This document shows positions 1 through 7,623 of a stretch of DNA of 21,372 nt, piece by piece. The position numbers and the translations under genes were made by a program. Each line of letters begins with the position of its first letter. Position 1 is the first letter of the stretch. Under the pieces are notes generated by a model. That model was not told the origin of the DNA. It searched no databases and saw nothing but the letters and a program-made list of their open reading frames with translations. Source of the stretch: a virus; IMG/VR virus record IMGVR_UViG_3300044712_000982, positions 1 through 21,372 of that record. One strand, given 5' to 3'.

Positions 1-119
1 GGTGCTCGGTGCTCGGTGCTCGGTGCTCGGTGCTCGGTGCTCGGTGCTCGGTGCTCGGTGCTCGGTGCTCGGTGCTCGGTGCTCGGTGCTCGGTGCTCGG
101 TGCTCGGTGCTCGGTGCTC
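1..119. repeat. Tandem heptamer repeat (GGTGCTC) x17, perfect, runs off the window edge
   Basis: Direct reading gives 17 exact copies at 1-119. Confidence 0.98.
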
Positions 120-517
120 TCCAGGTGGTTCTTGATGGCGCGGTTCGCGGCGGTAATCGCGCCGTCCGCGAGGTTGTAGCGCGTGGTGTTTACCTCGGCC
201 CCGGATGGCTGCCACCAGCGCCAGTAGTTGCCGGCCAGATGAACAATGACAACCCTTGCGTCACCTCTGAGCATCACGTACCGGCCTTCGTCGGTCACCC
301 ACACGTGCCCGTCGGGCGCTCCGGCGTTGGCAGTGTCGAGCACGGACCGGATAGCCGGATGCTCGGTGCCCGGCTCGCCCGCGCTCGGGCTGGTTGCGGT
401 GAGCTTGGCGAGGCTTTCCGCGATCGACACCAGCGCGTGCGCGTTAGCCACGTCCGCCTCGACGTGCTTGATCGTGTGCATGGCGAGTATTGCTTTCGCC
501 GCTGCAATGTGGTCCAT
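1..517 (-). CDS. Hypothetical phage protein, 3' end off-window; C-terminus is (STEHRAP)n encoded by the heptamer repeat
   Basis: ATG at 517 with AAGGAG RBS (522-527). Hand translation MDHIAAAKAILAMHTIKHVEADVANAHALVSIAESLAKL...AIKNHLESTEHRAPSTEHRAP has no stop before position 1, which explains its absence from the ORF track. Confidence 0.8.
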   Translation of the reverse strand, partial: MDHIAAAKAILAMHTIKHVEADVANAHALVSIAESLAKLTATSPSAGEPGTEHPAIRSVLDTANAGAPDGHVWVTDEGRYVMLRGDARVVIVHLAGNYWRWWQPSGAEVNTTRYNLADGAITAANRAIKNHLESTEHRAPSTEHRAPSTEHRAPSTEHRAPSTEHRAPSTEH

Positions 518-526
518 AGTTCTCCT

Positions 527-1065
527 TCAGGCTGCGATCTGCTGGCTTGCGGTGGTCTGGCTGATGGTGCGGGCGTGGGTCCAGCCGTTGATGGTGGGGC
601 GGCATCCCACGATGCGCTTGCAGGGCCCGTCGCCCAAAAGCGGCTTCACCCATCCGCGCATGGCGGCGGCCCTGATCTGGGTGTCGGTGAGCCGGCCGGT
701 TGGGACGCCGTGCACTACGGGGGCGCCGCGGTCGATGGTGCCGCCGACCCCGGCGAGCAGGATCGCGATGGCCTGAGACTCGGACATGTGGAGGCGTACT
801 CGACGGTGATCCGGTACACGCCGCGCGTCTCGGTGAGCCGGACGATGACGTTGCCGGCCGCGATGTTGCGGGTGTCGGCGGGCTCGACGACGGGCTGGAG
901 CTCGTCGGTGGTGGCGAACCACGGAGCGCGGTCGGCCGGGTCGGCGGGCTCTATGTCCCAGCGGTTGTTGCTGCCGGACCAGCCGGTGAGGATGACGCGG
1001 ACGCCGGTGGGGAGGTAGATGGCCTCTGCGCCGATCTCGTATCCGGTGGTCGTCGTCTGCGTCAT
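527..1065 (-). pseudogene. Probable single gene split by a frameshift near 788-792 (ORFs 715..1065 and 527..787), or two overlapping small genes
   Basis: Leaderless ATG at 1065 follows a TTGACA promoter. GC3-rich codons continue to ...GAG TAC GCC TCC, then switch frame to ATG TCC GAG (MSESQAIAILLAG...), which has no RBS. Confidence 0.45.
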
Positions 1066-1072
1066 GCCTAAG

Positions 1073-1102
1073 ATCTTAGGCCGATGTTCCTACTCCTGTC
1101 AA
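1073..1102 (-). promoter_or_regulatory. Leftward sigma70/HrdB-type promoter TTGACA-18-TAAGAT, leaderless to ATG 1065, overlapped by the 16-bp palindrome GCCTAAGATCTTAGGC (1066-1081)
   Basis: Perfect -35 (plus-strand tgtcaa 1097-1102), -10 at 1073-1078, 7 nt to the ATG. Confidence 0.75.
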
Positions 1103-1117
1103 GGAATCTAGGCATAC

Positions 1118-1146
1118 TTGCCTAGGCCAAGGAACTATGACACGAT
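1118..1146 (+). promoter_or_regulatory. Rightward promoter TTGCCT-17-(TGa)CACGAT, leaderless to ATG 1154; inverted repeat CTAGGCA-N4-TGCCTAG (1108-1125)
   Basis: Spacing, extended -10 and 7 nt to the ATG. Confidence 0.55.
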
Positions 1147-1153
1147 AGGTGAC

Positions 1154-1381
1154 ATGACCACGTTGAAGGACATCGTCAAGGCATACAAGGCCATTGACGT
1201 AGCACGAGAAAGGTACCGGCAAACGCTGCGTGACGGACTCGAAAATGGCGTGCAACAGGTCGATGTTTGCAGGGCGCTCGACCGCACCCGAGAGAGCGTC
1301 CGTCGCGACGCGATGACAGAGGAGGAACTGGAGCAGGCCCGAGAGGCCGACAGGCGCCGGAAAGCGCAACGAACCCTGTAG
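1154..1381 (+). CDS. Small HTH DNA-binding protein (putative local repressor)
   Basis: MTTLKDIVKAY...GVQQVDVCRALDRTRESVRR has an HTH-like pattern; the gene is divergent across operator-like palindromes. Confidence 0.7.
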   Translation: MTTLKDIVKAYKAIDVARERYRQTLRDGLENGVQQVDVCRALDRTRESVRRDAMTEEELEQAREADRRRKAQRTL

Positions 1382-1390
1382 TACCAGCAC

Positions 1391-1627
1391 CTAAACCCCC
1401 GGATGACGCACCGACGGCAAATCAGACACGCCATCCAGGGGCCGACGAGAGGAAGCCGTCGCGGCGCCCATGCTGACCGGGGTCGTTGCCTTGCGGCCCA
1501 CGATCAGACCGAGTCTGGCGAGCACGGCGAGCGTGCGCGGGTTGTGACCGCCGTCCAAGCCGGTAGCGATCAGTCCGAGCGTGTCCCGCTGAGCCTCGGT
1601 CAACGCATCCATGTCCAACGTTGCCAT
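1391..1627 (-). CDS. Hypothetical phage protein (winged-helix-like N-terminus)
   Basis: LTEAQRDTLGLI...RTLAVLARLGLI; TAATG coupling to the upstream gene. Confidence 0.55.
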   Translation of the reverse strand: MATLDMDALTEAQRDTLGLIATGLDGGHNPRTLAVLARLGLIVGRKATTPVSMGAATASSRRPLDGVSDLPSVRHPGV

Positions 1628-1899
1628 TACTTCACCTCCGCGATCCCGAGTCGGCCCAGTACGCGCGCCGCACGGGCGCCATCCTCGACCTGCCGGCGCA
1701 GCATCGTCAGGTTGCCGGCAATCTCATCGTCGGCCGCCTCGTAGCCGGCAACGTTCGGGACGACCAACGACATCTCGTGCCGGTCGTCAGAGTCGCGTTT
1801 CAGCCGCTGATAGCCACCGTCACCAGACCGATGCCCAACAACCGTCCAGCCCTCGGCCACGAGCGCCGCAACCAACACGGCCGGATCAACCTGCGTCAT
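1627..1899 (-). CDS. Hypothetical protein, weak HicA-fold resemblance
   Basis: LVAALVAEGWTVVGHRSGDGGYQRLKR...SLVVP; ATGA-coupled. Confidence 0.65.
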   Translation of the reverse strand: MTQVDPAVLVAALVAEGWTVVGHRSGDGGYQRLKRDSDDRHEMSLVVPNVAGYEAADDEIAGNLTMLRRQVEDGARAARVLGRLGIAEVK

Positions 1900-2156
1900 C
1901 GCGCACCATCCGCAGCGGCATCGTCAGCCGGCTCGACCTCGGCGTCACCGAAGCAAAGATCGTCGATGTCGAGGCTCCACGGCGGATCGCCGCTGGCCGG
2001 GTCGTAGTTGGACGTTGTGTATCCGCTACAGCAAATACACAGTCCAGCCGACGCGGCTGACTCCGCCTTCTCTCGGGCTTCGTCTTCGCTGCCAGCGGCG
2101 ACCGTCACAACCATCGTCGCCGTGGACCTGGCCGTCACCTTGTAGATCCTCGTCAT
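1896..2156 (-). CDS. Hypothetical phage protein (MTRIYKVTAR...AGSEDEAREKA)
   Basis: GAGAGG RBS; common phage 'vtveAeseeEA' motif. This is the C-terminal part of the track ORF 1896..2561. Confidence 0.7.
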   Translation of the reverse strand: MTRIYKVTARSTATMVVTVAAGSEDEAREKAESAASAGLCICCSGYTTSNYDPASGDPPWSLDIDDLCFGDAEVEPADDAAADGAR

Positions 2157-2160
2157 CGCG

Positions 2161-2313
2161 CTACCTCTCTCGCTGCTCGTTGATCGCGGCCTGTCGTGCC
2201 GCTGTTCGGGTCCGACGGCGCCTGGTGCGCCGGTCCTGGTGCACGCCGGCCGCACCCGACCGGCGCCGCTCCAACTCGGCGGCGACCCGGGCAGGATTCC
2301 GGCCGGGGCGCAT
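2161..2313 (-). CDS. Small Arg-rich phage protein (50 aa)
   Basis: Hand translation MRPGRNPARVAAELERRRSGAAGVHQDRRTRRRRTRTAARQAAINEQRER; fills the gap exactly and resembles a small basic actinophage family. Confidence 0.65.
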   Translation of the reverse strand: MRPGRNPARVAAELERRRSGAAGVHQDRRTRRRRTRTAARQAAINEQRER

Positions 2314-2314
2314 C

Positions 2315-2516
2315 TCAGGTCACGCTCACTGTGCGCATGACGAACTGCAACAGCTCGTCGTACGAGCCGCACCACCGCCTTCTCGGCGAAGTCGGTCGCG
2401 GCGTCCGAACCGACCTCGCGGCGGATGGCTCTGGATACGGCCCCGATGACCATGAAGGCGTTGCTGTCCAGCCCCGTCGACAGGTGGACGGTCACGTCCG
2501 GGTAGGTGATCTCCAT
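2315..2516 (-). pseudogene. Conserved small phage protein with a +1 frameshift near 2371-2376
   Basis: MEITYPDVTVHLSTGLDSNAFMVIGAVSRAIRR...FAEKA, then the expected family tail GSYDELLQFVMRTVSVT* lies in another frame; span is 202 nt (3n+1). Confidence 0.65.
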
Positions 2517-2553
2517 CGTGGGTCTCGCTTTCTCGCGCCGTAGCGCGGGGAGG

Positions 2554-2973
2554 TCAGGCAATCGAGCCGTGCTGGGCGTCCAGCAGGGCTTCCATCTCGG
2601 CCTCGGTCTTGCCGAGGTAATGGGCGACGGCCTCGATGAGGTCGGAGCCCGGGTCGAGTCGCGTGCGGAGCCACTCGGTCAGCTCGTCGCGCGTCATCGG
2701 CTGCGGGACGTGGATGCCGATCGCTGCGAGTGCCGCGAAGCCGTCCGGGGTGGCCGGGATCTGCATGCCCTGGACTTCCTTGCCGCGCGGGAAGCGCCAC
2801 GCCACTGGTCCGGTGCGGGCGATGAGTCCGGCGTCCTGGAGCTTGTATGCGGCGGCGGTGACGGTTCGGTCGCTGGTCTCGAATGCGCCGCGGTCCGAGC
2901 GCCAGAGGCTGCCGGTCGCGGCGGCGTGGAGGGCGTCGATCTGGGTTCCGCTGAGCTTCTTGGCGTTCGTCAT
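2554..2973 (-). CDS. Hypothetical protein (winged-helix-like N-terminus)
   Basis: MTNAKKLSGTQIDALHAAA...KLQDAGLIART; leaderless promoter upstream. Confidence 0.7.
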   Translation of the reverse strand: MTNAKKLSGTQIDALHAAATGSLWRSDRGAFETSDRTVTAAAYKLQDAGLIARTGPVAWRFPRGKEVQGMQIPATPDGFAALAAIGIHVPQPMTRDELTEWLRTRLDPGSDLIEAVAHYLGKTEAEMEALLDAQHGSIA

Positions 2974-2980
2974 GGGAAGT

Positions 2981-3009
2981 ACGCTACAACGTGCGTTGCG
3001 AGACCGCAA
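2981..3009 (-). promoter_or_regulatory. Leftward promoter TTGCGG-17-TAGCGT, leaderless to ATG 2973; inverted repeats CAACG-N2-CGTTG (2987-2998) and TTGCG-N4-CGCAA (2996-3009)
   Basis: Spacing and 7 nt to the ATG. Confidence 0.55.
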
Positions 3010-3045
3010 GCCATCTAGCGCTACCCACAAGGGTGAACAGAGGAC

Positions 3046-3073
3046 TTGACCGCCACAACACGCGCTGTATAGT
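3046..3073 (+). promoter_or_regulatory. Rightward promoter TTGACC-16-TATAGT, 6 nt before ATG 3080
   Basis: Near-consensus hexamers at the head of a long coupled operon. Confidence 0.6.
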
Positions 3074-3079
3074 GGAGGC

Positions 3080-3397
3080 ATGACGAGCACGCAGGTAGCA
3101 CTCCAGGTAGCCCACAGACTTCCCCCATTCTCCGTGCCGAGCGAAGACCACCCGCTCCACCCGCTCGTCATCCACTACCTCACGCTCCGAGAGATGGCGC
3201 GCGACGCTGACAGGCAGTGCGAAACTATCGCCCCCACCCCGTACACCATGGCCGGCGACCACCCCGCCGACGCCCTCACCGGACACGACCGAGACCACTA
3301 CATGTGGCTCAAGCACAAGCGCGACAACTGCACCCACGCCGCCAAAATGGCACACCGCGCACTTTGCGCCGTCGTCGACAACCTCGGAGGACTGTGA
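3080..3397 (+). CDS. Hypothetical phage protein
   Basis: First gene of the rightward operon; GC3 bias; TGATG coupling. Confidence 0.7.
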   Translation: MTSTQVALQVAHRLPPFSVPSEDHPLHPLVIHYLTLREMARDADRQCETIAPTPYTMAGDHPADALTGHDRDHYMWLKHKRDNCTHAAKMAHRALCAVVDNLGGL

Positions 3398-3531
3398 TGC
3401 CAACGAACAACATCATTCCCCGCAGCGATCGTGCCGGAATCGGGTGGCGCTGCACGGACTGCGGCGCATCATGGTCCGGACCGCGAGACCATACATGCGC
3501 AAACAGTAGGGGCGAACATGGCCGGAAGTGA
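3397..3531 (+). CDS. Small zinc-finger-like protein
   Basis: WRCTDCGASWSGPRDHTC; GGAGG RBS. Confidence 0.55.
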   Translation: MPTNNIIPRSDRAGIGWRCTDCGASWSGPRDHTCANSRGEHGRK

Positions 3532-3742
3532 CAAGATACTCACCGTCACCGAGGTGGCCGTACTCCTCGGAATCACCGAAGGCACATGGCGGGGCTACGT
3601 CTCCCGCGCGCGCCGTAGCCCCGGGATCAACCCGGCCCCACAGCCCCTGCCGGGCGACTCCGACCCTGTCACCCACCGCCCACGCTGGCGCCGCTCCGTC
3701 GTCCTTGAATGGAACGCCCGACGCCCAAAGGAGAAGCCATGA
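3518..3742 (+). CDS. MerR/AlpA/excisionase-like HTH protein
   Basis: LTVTEVAVLLGITEGTWRGYVSR...APQP...PRWRRSVVLEW. Confidence 0.75.
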   Translation: MAGSDKILTVTEVAVLLGITEGTWRGYVSRARRSPGINPAPQPLPGDSDPVTHRPRWRRSVVLEWNARRPKEKP

Positions 3743-4182
3743 CCGAGATGCGTAGCGCGCAAGCCCCCGGCTTTAGCTGTGGGGGGGATGTCAACGAGAC
3801 CCCATGGCCCATCGACCACGAAGGTCAGACCGTTCTCGTCGAGGCCGCCGTCTACGCGCTACCCGACCCCGACGACGAAGATCCGGACCGCTACTACACG
3901 TTCGACATCCCAACCGGAAACGGACTCCGCACCCTCGCGACCATCCGCGCCGACCACGTCCGCGACCACGTACACCGCATCCCCGAACCGCCAGCCGAAC
4001 CCACCATGGTCCGCGCGGACCGGCTGGCCGGCTTCGAGGTCGAGCTGTTCGGCGGCTGGTACAGCGTCGAGACCGTCACCGACGCCGGAGACGGCTTCGT
4101 GACAATCAACCTGCACTGCGAGTCGATGATCGTCACCCTCAACGGCGGCGACCTGATCCCCGCGAGACTCCCGGAGGAATAG
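3739..4182 (+). CDS. Hypothetical phage protein carrying a 15-codon IS-derived insert
   Basis: AAGGAG RBS and ATGA coupling; see element 3750-3794. Confidence 0.7.
   Translation: MTEMRSAQAPGFSCGGDVNETPWPIDHEGQTVLVEAAVYALPDPDDEDPDRYYTFDIPTGNGLRTLATIRADHVRDHVHRIPEPPAEPTMVRADRLAGFEVELFGGWYSVETVTDAGDGFVTINLHCESMIVTLNGGDLIPARLPEE
3750..3794 (+). mobile_element. 45-bp IS200/IS605-family end remnant (solo hairpin, PATE-like)
   Basis: CCCCCGGC-TTTA-GCTG(T)GGGG bulged hairpin followed by GGATGTCAA, ending in TCAA as at IS608/ISDra2 right ends. Removing it restores M-T-E-I-E-T-P-W in frame. Confidence 0.65.
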
Positions 4183-4184
4183 TC

Positions 4185-4616
4185 ATGCCAGCCGATCCCA
4201 ACCTTGCCGGTCGCGTCATCTCCGGCGCACCCATGTCCGTCGCTGAACTCGCCAACTGGATCAACACCGCCGAGCACGGCGAGTTGCGCGCCGCACTCCA
4301 CCGCATCGCCGACATCGCCACCGGACCAACCCCACGTTCGGCCGGGACACTCGTTGTCGCCGAGTCACCGGCCGGATCAGACGAGGACTCCACCGCCTAC
4401 GAGTGGTACGACGGATCCGACGACGACCCCGACGACCGGCCAGGCTGGTACGACGTCACCGGACGCGAATTCGGGCCGCGCAACCTGCACGAGATCCGCT
4501 ACCCGCACGGCTCCGAGCAGGCCAGCGACGACCCGCCACCATTCGAGCGGGAAGTCGACGGATGGTGGGCACACAACTCGGGCATCATCACGGCCATGTG
4601 CGGAGGTGTGGCGTGA
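4185..4616 (+). CDS. Hypothetical acidic phage protein
   Basis: GGAGG RBS; MPADPNLAGRVISG... Confidence 0.7.
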   Translation: MPADPNLAGRVISGAPMSVAELANWINTAEHGELRAALHRIADIATGPTPRSAGTLVVAESPAGSDEDSTAYEWYDGSDDDPDDRPGWYDVTGREFGPRNLHEIRYPHGSEQASDDPPPFEREVDGWWAHNSGIITAMCGGVA

Positions 4617-4861
4617 CCACGCCAGGCGTCCGCCCAGGCCAGACATGGGAGGCCATCGAGCCGCCCGGGTGCAACTATCGTGCCCTGATCAACGTCACGG
4701 CCGAACCAGACTCGGACGGGTGGGTAGCTGGCGTCTACCAGTGGCAGTACCGAACCGCCCACGGGACGTGGGTCGACTGTATCGGCCCGGGAGCGCCGCG
4801 CCGGACCCGCATCAAGGCGGAGAGCCTCGGCCGCCGATACCAACTCTTGGAGGAATCGTGA
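4613..4861 (+). CDS. Hypothetical protein ('RPGQTW' SH3-like), paralog of the N-terminal domain of 5374..5964
   Basis: GTGA coupling, GGAGG RBS, shared motifs. Confidence 0.7.
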   Translation: MTTPGVRPGQTWEAIEPPGCNYRALINVTAEPDSDGWVAGVYQWQYRTAHGTWVDCIGPGAPRRTRIKAESLGRRYQLLEES

Positions 4862-5028
4862 ACCTTAGATCATTGCTGGACCGGCTGGAGTACGAACGCG
4901 GCAGCGACCACGAGGACGACGAGGTGCTGTTGATGACGCCCACCGGGCGCCGCTACGAGATCCTGTCGCTCAATTGGGACGACAAGCACGGGCACTGGGT
5001 GCTCATCGGCGATCGGGCAGAAGCGTGA
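4858..5028 (+). CDS. Hypothetical phage protein
   Basis: GGAGG RBS, GTGA coupling; MNLRSLLDRLEYERG... Confidence 0.65.
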   Translation: MNLRSLLDRLEYERGSDHEDDEVLLMTPTGRRYEILSLNWDDKHGHWVLIGDRAEA

Positions 5029-5387
5029 GCGAGCCGACGCTTCCGCCCGGACTGCTCGACTACCTGGCGATCAGCGACCAGCGGCGCGCCGACGACGTCA
5101 CGGCAACGCTCGCCGCGATGACCGAGATGGGGCGAAGGCTCTTCCGTGAGGCCGCCGTGATGGGCTACGTCTGCGGCGCGCCGTCCATGCCCGGCGGGCA
5201 CAACGTCGAGATCCCCGGCGACAGGTGGATCGTCGAGCACGTGGTCACGTGCATTCGCGGCAACCTCAGCAACGACCTGTACCCGATCACCAACAACCTG
5301 ACGCGCCGCTGCGAAACATGCGGCAAACGGGCGCTCGACTGCGGCCACCCATGGCCACGCGATAAAGGAGACGATGATGGAGACTGA
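5025..5387 (+). CDS. Hypothetical actinophage protein (REAAVMGYV motif, C-terminal CxxC)
   Basis: GTGA coupling; codon bias. Confidence 0.7.
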   Translation: MSEPTLPPGLLDYLAISDQRRADDVTATLAAMTEMGRRLFREAAVMGYVCGAPSMPGGHNVEIPGDRWIVEHVVTCIRGNLSNDLYPITNNLTRRCETCGKRALDCGHPWPRDKGDDDGD

Positions 5388-5964
5388 CACCGTTTTGCCT
5401 GGCCAGGTGTGGACCAGGAACAATGAAGAATTAACGTTGGACGATGGAACCGTTCGTCAAATCCGCGAAATTTTCATCGTATCCGAGGTGGCAAGCAAAG
5501 GAATTATCGGCGAGTTCCAATCGCAATACCGAGACATGCCGCATGGAGAATGGGTCAAACGCGGAGGGCGTCGCCAGACGACAACCGTCGAGCGGCTCAA
5601 TAGGCTGTACCGGCTCGACGGCAGCGCCTGGCCCAACCCGAAACCGCCCGCCGCCGAGCAGCAGCGCGAGACCGAATCTGCCGCCGATACCATGCGCAAC
5701 GCCGCCACCCGGCTGCGGCGAGCCGTCCTCGCCATCAACGATGCCGCCGCCGAATGCGGACTCGTCGAACACGACATCGACGAGGCGTACATGTATCTTG
5801 CCAACGTCAGACCCGGGCTGTTCCGCGCAGCCTCCAGCGTTGTCGGGCCGAAGTCGATGCTCAAGCTCGCCGACCTGATGGACGGGCACGCCGATGAGGC
5901 CACCGAGATCGGCCCGGATCACCGGGCGCTCGCCGTAGCGCGGTCGATTCTCGGAGGTAAGTGA
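5374..5964 (+). CDS. Two-domain hypothetical protein (N-terminal 'LPGQVW' domain; C-terminal helical domain)
   Basis: AAGGAG RBS; the start may be 5377. Confidence 0.7.
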   Translation: MMETDTVLPGQVWTRNNEELTLDDGTVRQIREIFIVSEVASKGIIGEFQSQYRDMPHGEWVKRGGRRQTTTVERLNRLYRLDGSAWPNPKPPAAEQQRETESAADTMRNAATRLRRAVLAINDAAAECGLVEHDIDEAYMYLANVRPGLFRAASSVVGPKSMLKLADLMDGHADEATEIGPDHRALAVARSILGGK

Positions 5965-6335
5965 TGGGATACGCGATCATCAAGACAACGCGCGACCGGG
6001 ACGAATACGTTCTGTACTCCAGTAGTAGCGACACGCCCGTATTCCTGGGTACCCGTGCCGAAGTCATCACAGAACTCGGCGGCGATGTCACCACCAACCG
6101 GTGCCCGACATGCCGGCAGTGGAGTCCACGTTCCACCGTCCTACAGATGATGGAATGGGCCGACGAATATGGATCGTCCACCCACCTTGTCGGCCGCTGG
6201 GGCGACAGCGAGATCCGATATGGGCAGCATGGGCTGATGCGTCGTGAGGATCTGGCTCGCGTGGTCGAACTTCTCTCCGAATGTCGCGAAGATGAGGTGT
6301 TGGCGATGCTCAGTCCATTCGAGGTGACGTCGTGA
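5961..6335 (+). CDS. Hypothetical phage protein
   Basis: GGAGG RBS; IIK...DEYVLYSS...D.P motif; CxxC. Confidence 0.7.
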   Translation: MMGYAIIKTTRDRDEYVLYSSSSDTPVFLGTRAEVITELGGDVTTNRCPTCRQWSPRSTVLQMMEWADEYGSSTHLVGRWGDSEIRYGQHGLMRREDLARVVELLSECREDEVLAMLSPFEVTS

Positions 6336-6454
6336 CCGCCGTGTGGATCATGTTGGGGGTGGTCGTGACCGGCTGCGCGACCATGGCTGGCGTCCTCGCC
6401 TGGTCGACGATCGTCGTGCGCCGCGACCGCAATGCAGAGGACGGCCGCAAATGA
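6332..6454 (+). CDS. Small single-TM membrane protein (40 aa)
   Basis: Hand translation MTAVWIMLGVVVTGCATMAGVLAWSTIVVRRDRNAEDGRK; coupled at both ends. Confidence 0.6.
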   Translation: MTAVWIMLGVVVTGCATMAGVLAWSTIVVRRDRNAEDGRK

Positions 6455-6981
6455 CCCTCACCGCGTCGTTCGGATGGCAGGACGGCACCGAGCCGGTAAT
6501 GCCACCGCAGTCACCGGATGACCACGCCGAGCCAGTCGCGTCAGCGTCGGCCGACGTCGACCAGTTGCCGCCAACCCAATACCTGATCATGGAGACGCTC
6601 GCCGGACGGTGGCGCACCGGCGAACACATGTGGACCTTCCCCAATAGGCCGGCCATCACCCGCGCGCTCAAGGTGCTCGAAACGCTCGGGCTCATCGGCG
6701 TCCGCAGCGGACCTGTCGCCGACGCTACTCAGGCATGGCTTACTGATGTCGGCCGCGATCAGGTTGTACGACCCGAGTACACGTCACCGCTCGATGGCGC
6801 GGCCCACTCGGTGTGGCTGCACGGAAAATGGCGTTGGCTCACCGGCCAGATGACCACCAACGAGCGTGAGGCATTCTTCGAGGCAGCGAAGCGGCACAGC
6901 CTACACATGGATATCGGCGACCCGATCGGCCCGCTCGGCGATGATCAAGCATGGTGGCGTGACGGCGAGGAGCGGCGATGA
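6451..6981 (+). CDS. Hypothetical protein with a winged-helix-like central domain
   Basis: LPPTQYLIMETLAGRWRTGE..WTF...ALKVLETLGLI...AWLTDVGR; ATGA coupling. Confidence 0.7.
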   Translation: MTLTASFGWQDGTEPVMPPQSPDDHAEPVASASADVDQLPPTQYLIMETLAGRWRTGEHMWTFPNRPAITRALKVLETLGLIGVRSGPVADATQAWLTDVGRDQVVRPEYTSPLDGAAHSVWLHGKWRWLTGQMTTNEREAFFEAAKRHSLHMDIGDPIGPLGDDQAWWRDGEERR

Positions 6982-7358
6982 TCCGCCAACATACCTGCTG
7001 GTCGCTGGTTTGCGACCGATGCGGCGAGGGCTGGGATGACGACGACGGCACGCCGCACTTCGACACCGCCGATGAGGCCGTCGCGTGCGCCACGGTTGGC
7101 GAGTACGCACTGTTCCGGCGGCGCGGCGACCGAATCCTCTGCATCGGCTGCAACAACACCGCAGAATGCGAGGAAACCGGGCACCAGTATGGCGAGTGGC
7201 GCGACTGCAATCCCGGCGGCCAATACGCAGGCGTCACATACCGGGCCCGGTACTGCGACCGGTGCGGATGGCAAGACAGCGACCCGCCGTTCGCCGAGTT
7301 GTCAGACCTTGTCCACGCGGCGGTGACGATCAACAGCCTCGGCGAGGCGCCAGTCTGA
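6978..7358 (+). CDS. Cys-rich zinc-binding protein
   Basis: CDRCG, CIGC, C..GHQY, CDRCG; GAGGAG RBS. Confidence 0.7.
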   Translation: MIRQHTCWSLVCDRCGEGWDDDDGTPHFDTADEAVACATVGEYALFRRRGDRILCIGCNNTAECEETGHQYGEWRDCNPGGQYAGVTYRARYCDRCGWQDSDPPFAELSDLVHAAVTINSLGEAPV

Positions 7359-7386
7359 AAGCCGCGTGGCCTGCGATAATGCACCC

Positions 7387-7623
7387 ATGCCCCAAGCCGT
7401 CGAGGTCGATGTTTACGTGCGCGGATTCCCGGACGAGATCCACGTTCCGGCGTCCATCGGCGACGTCAGCCCCGACGGTGTGGCACGGCTCATCCACGCA
7501 GCCGCCGAGACCGCAGCGCAACGCGCCCGCGAGGCTGCCGCAGACTGCCAGCCACGGCACAGCACGCCGCTGACCCGCCCGTGGTTACCGGGCGTAACCG
7601 AACAGATTCCACGCACCGCCTAG
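7387..7623 (+). CDS. Hypothetical protein, probably leaderless
   Basis: TGcGATAAT extended -10 (7372-7380) lies 6 nt before the ATG. Confidence 0.55.
   Translation: MPQAVEVDVYVRGFPDEIHVPASIGDVSPDGVARLIHAAAETAAQRAREAAADCQPRHSTPLTRPWLPGVTEQIPRTA

Noticed and set aside
1-119. Telomere of a linear replicon
   Set aside because: Actinomycete linear-replicon ends are palindrome-rich rather than simple tandem repeats, and an ORF reads through the tract; nothing shows that this is a molecule end.
2-1018. 338-aa plus-strand ORF with VLGARCS repeats
   Set aside because: It is the antisense shadow of leftward genes that have an RBS or promoter and proper codon bias; it has no credible start.
1896-2561. 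Single 221-aa protein
   Set aside because: It is an artefactual fusion of a frameshifted gene (2315..2516), an out-of-frame small gene (2161..2313) and a gene with its own RBS (1896..2156).
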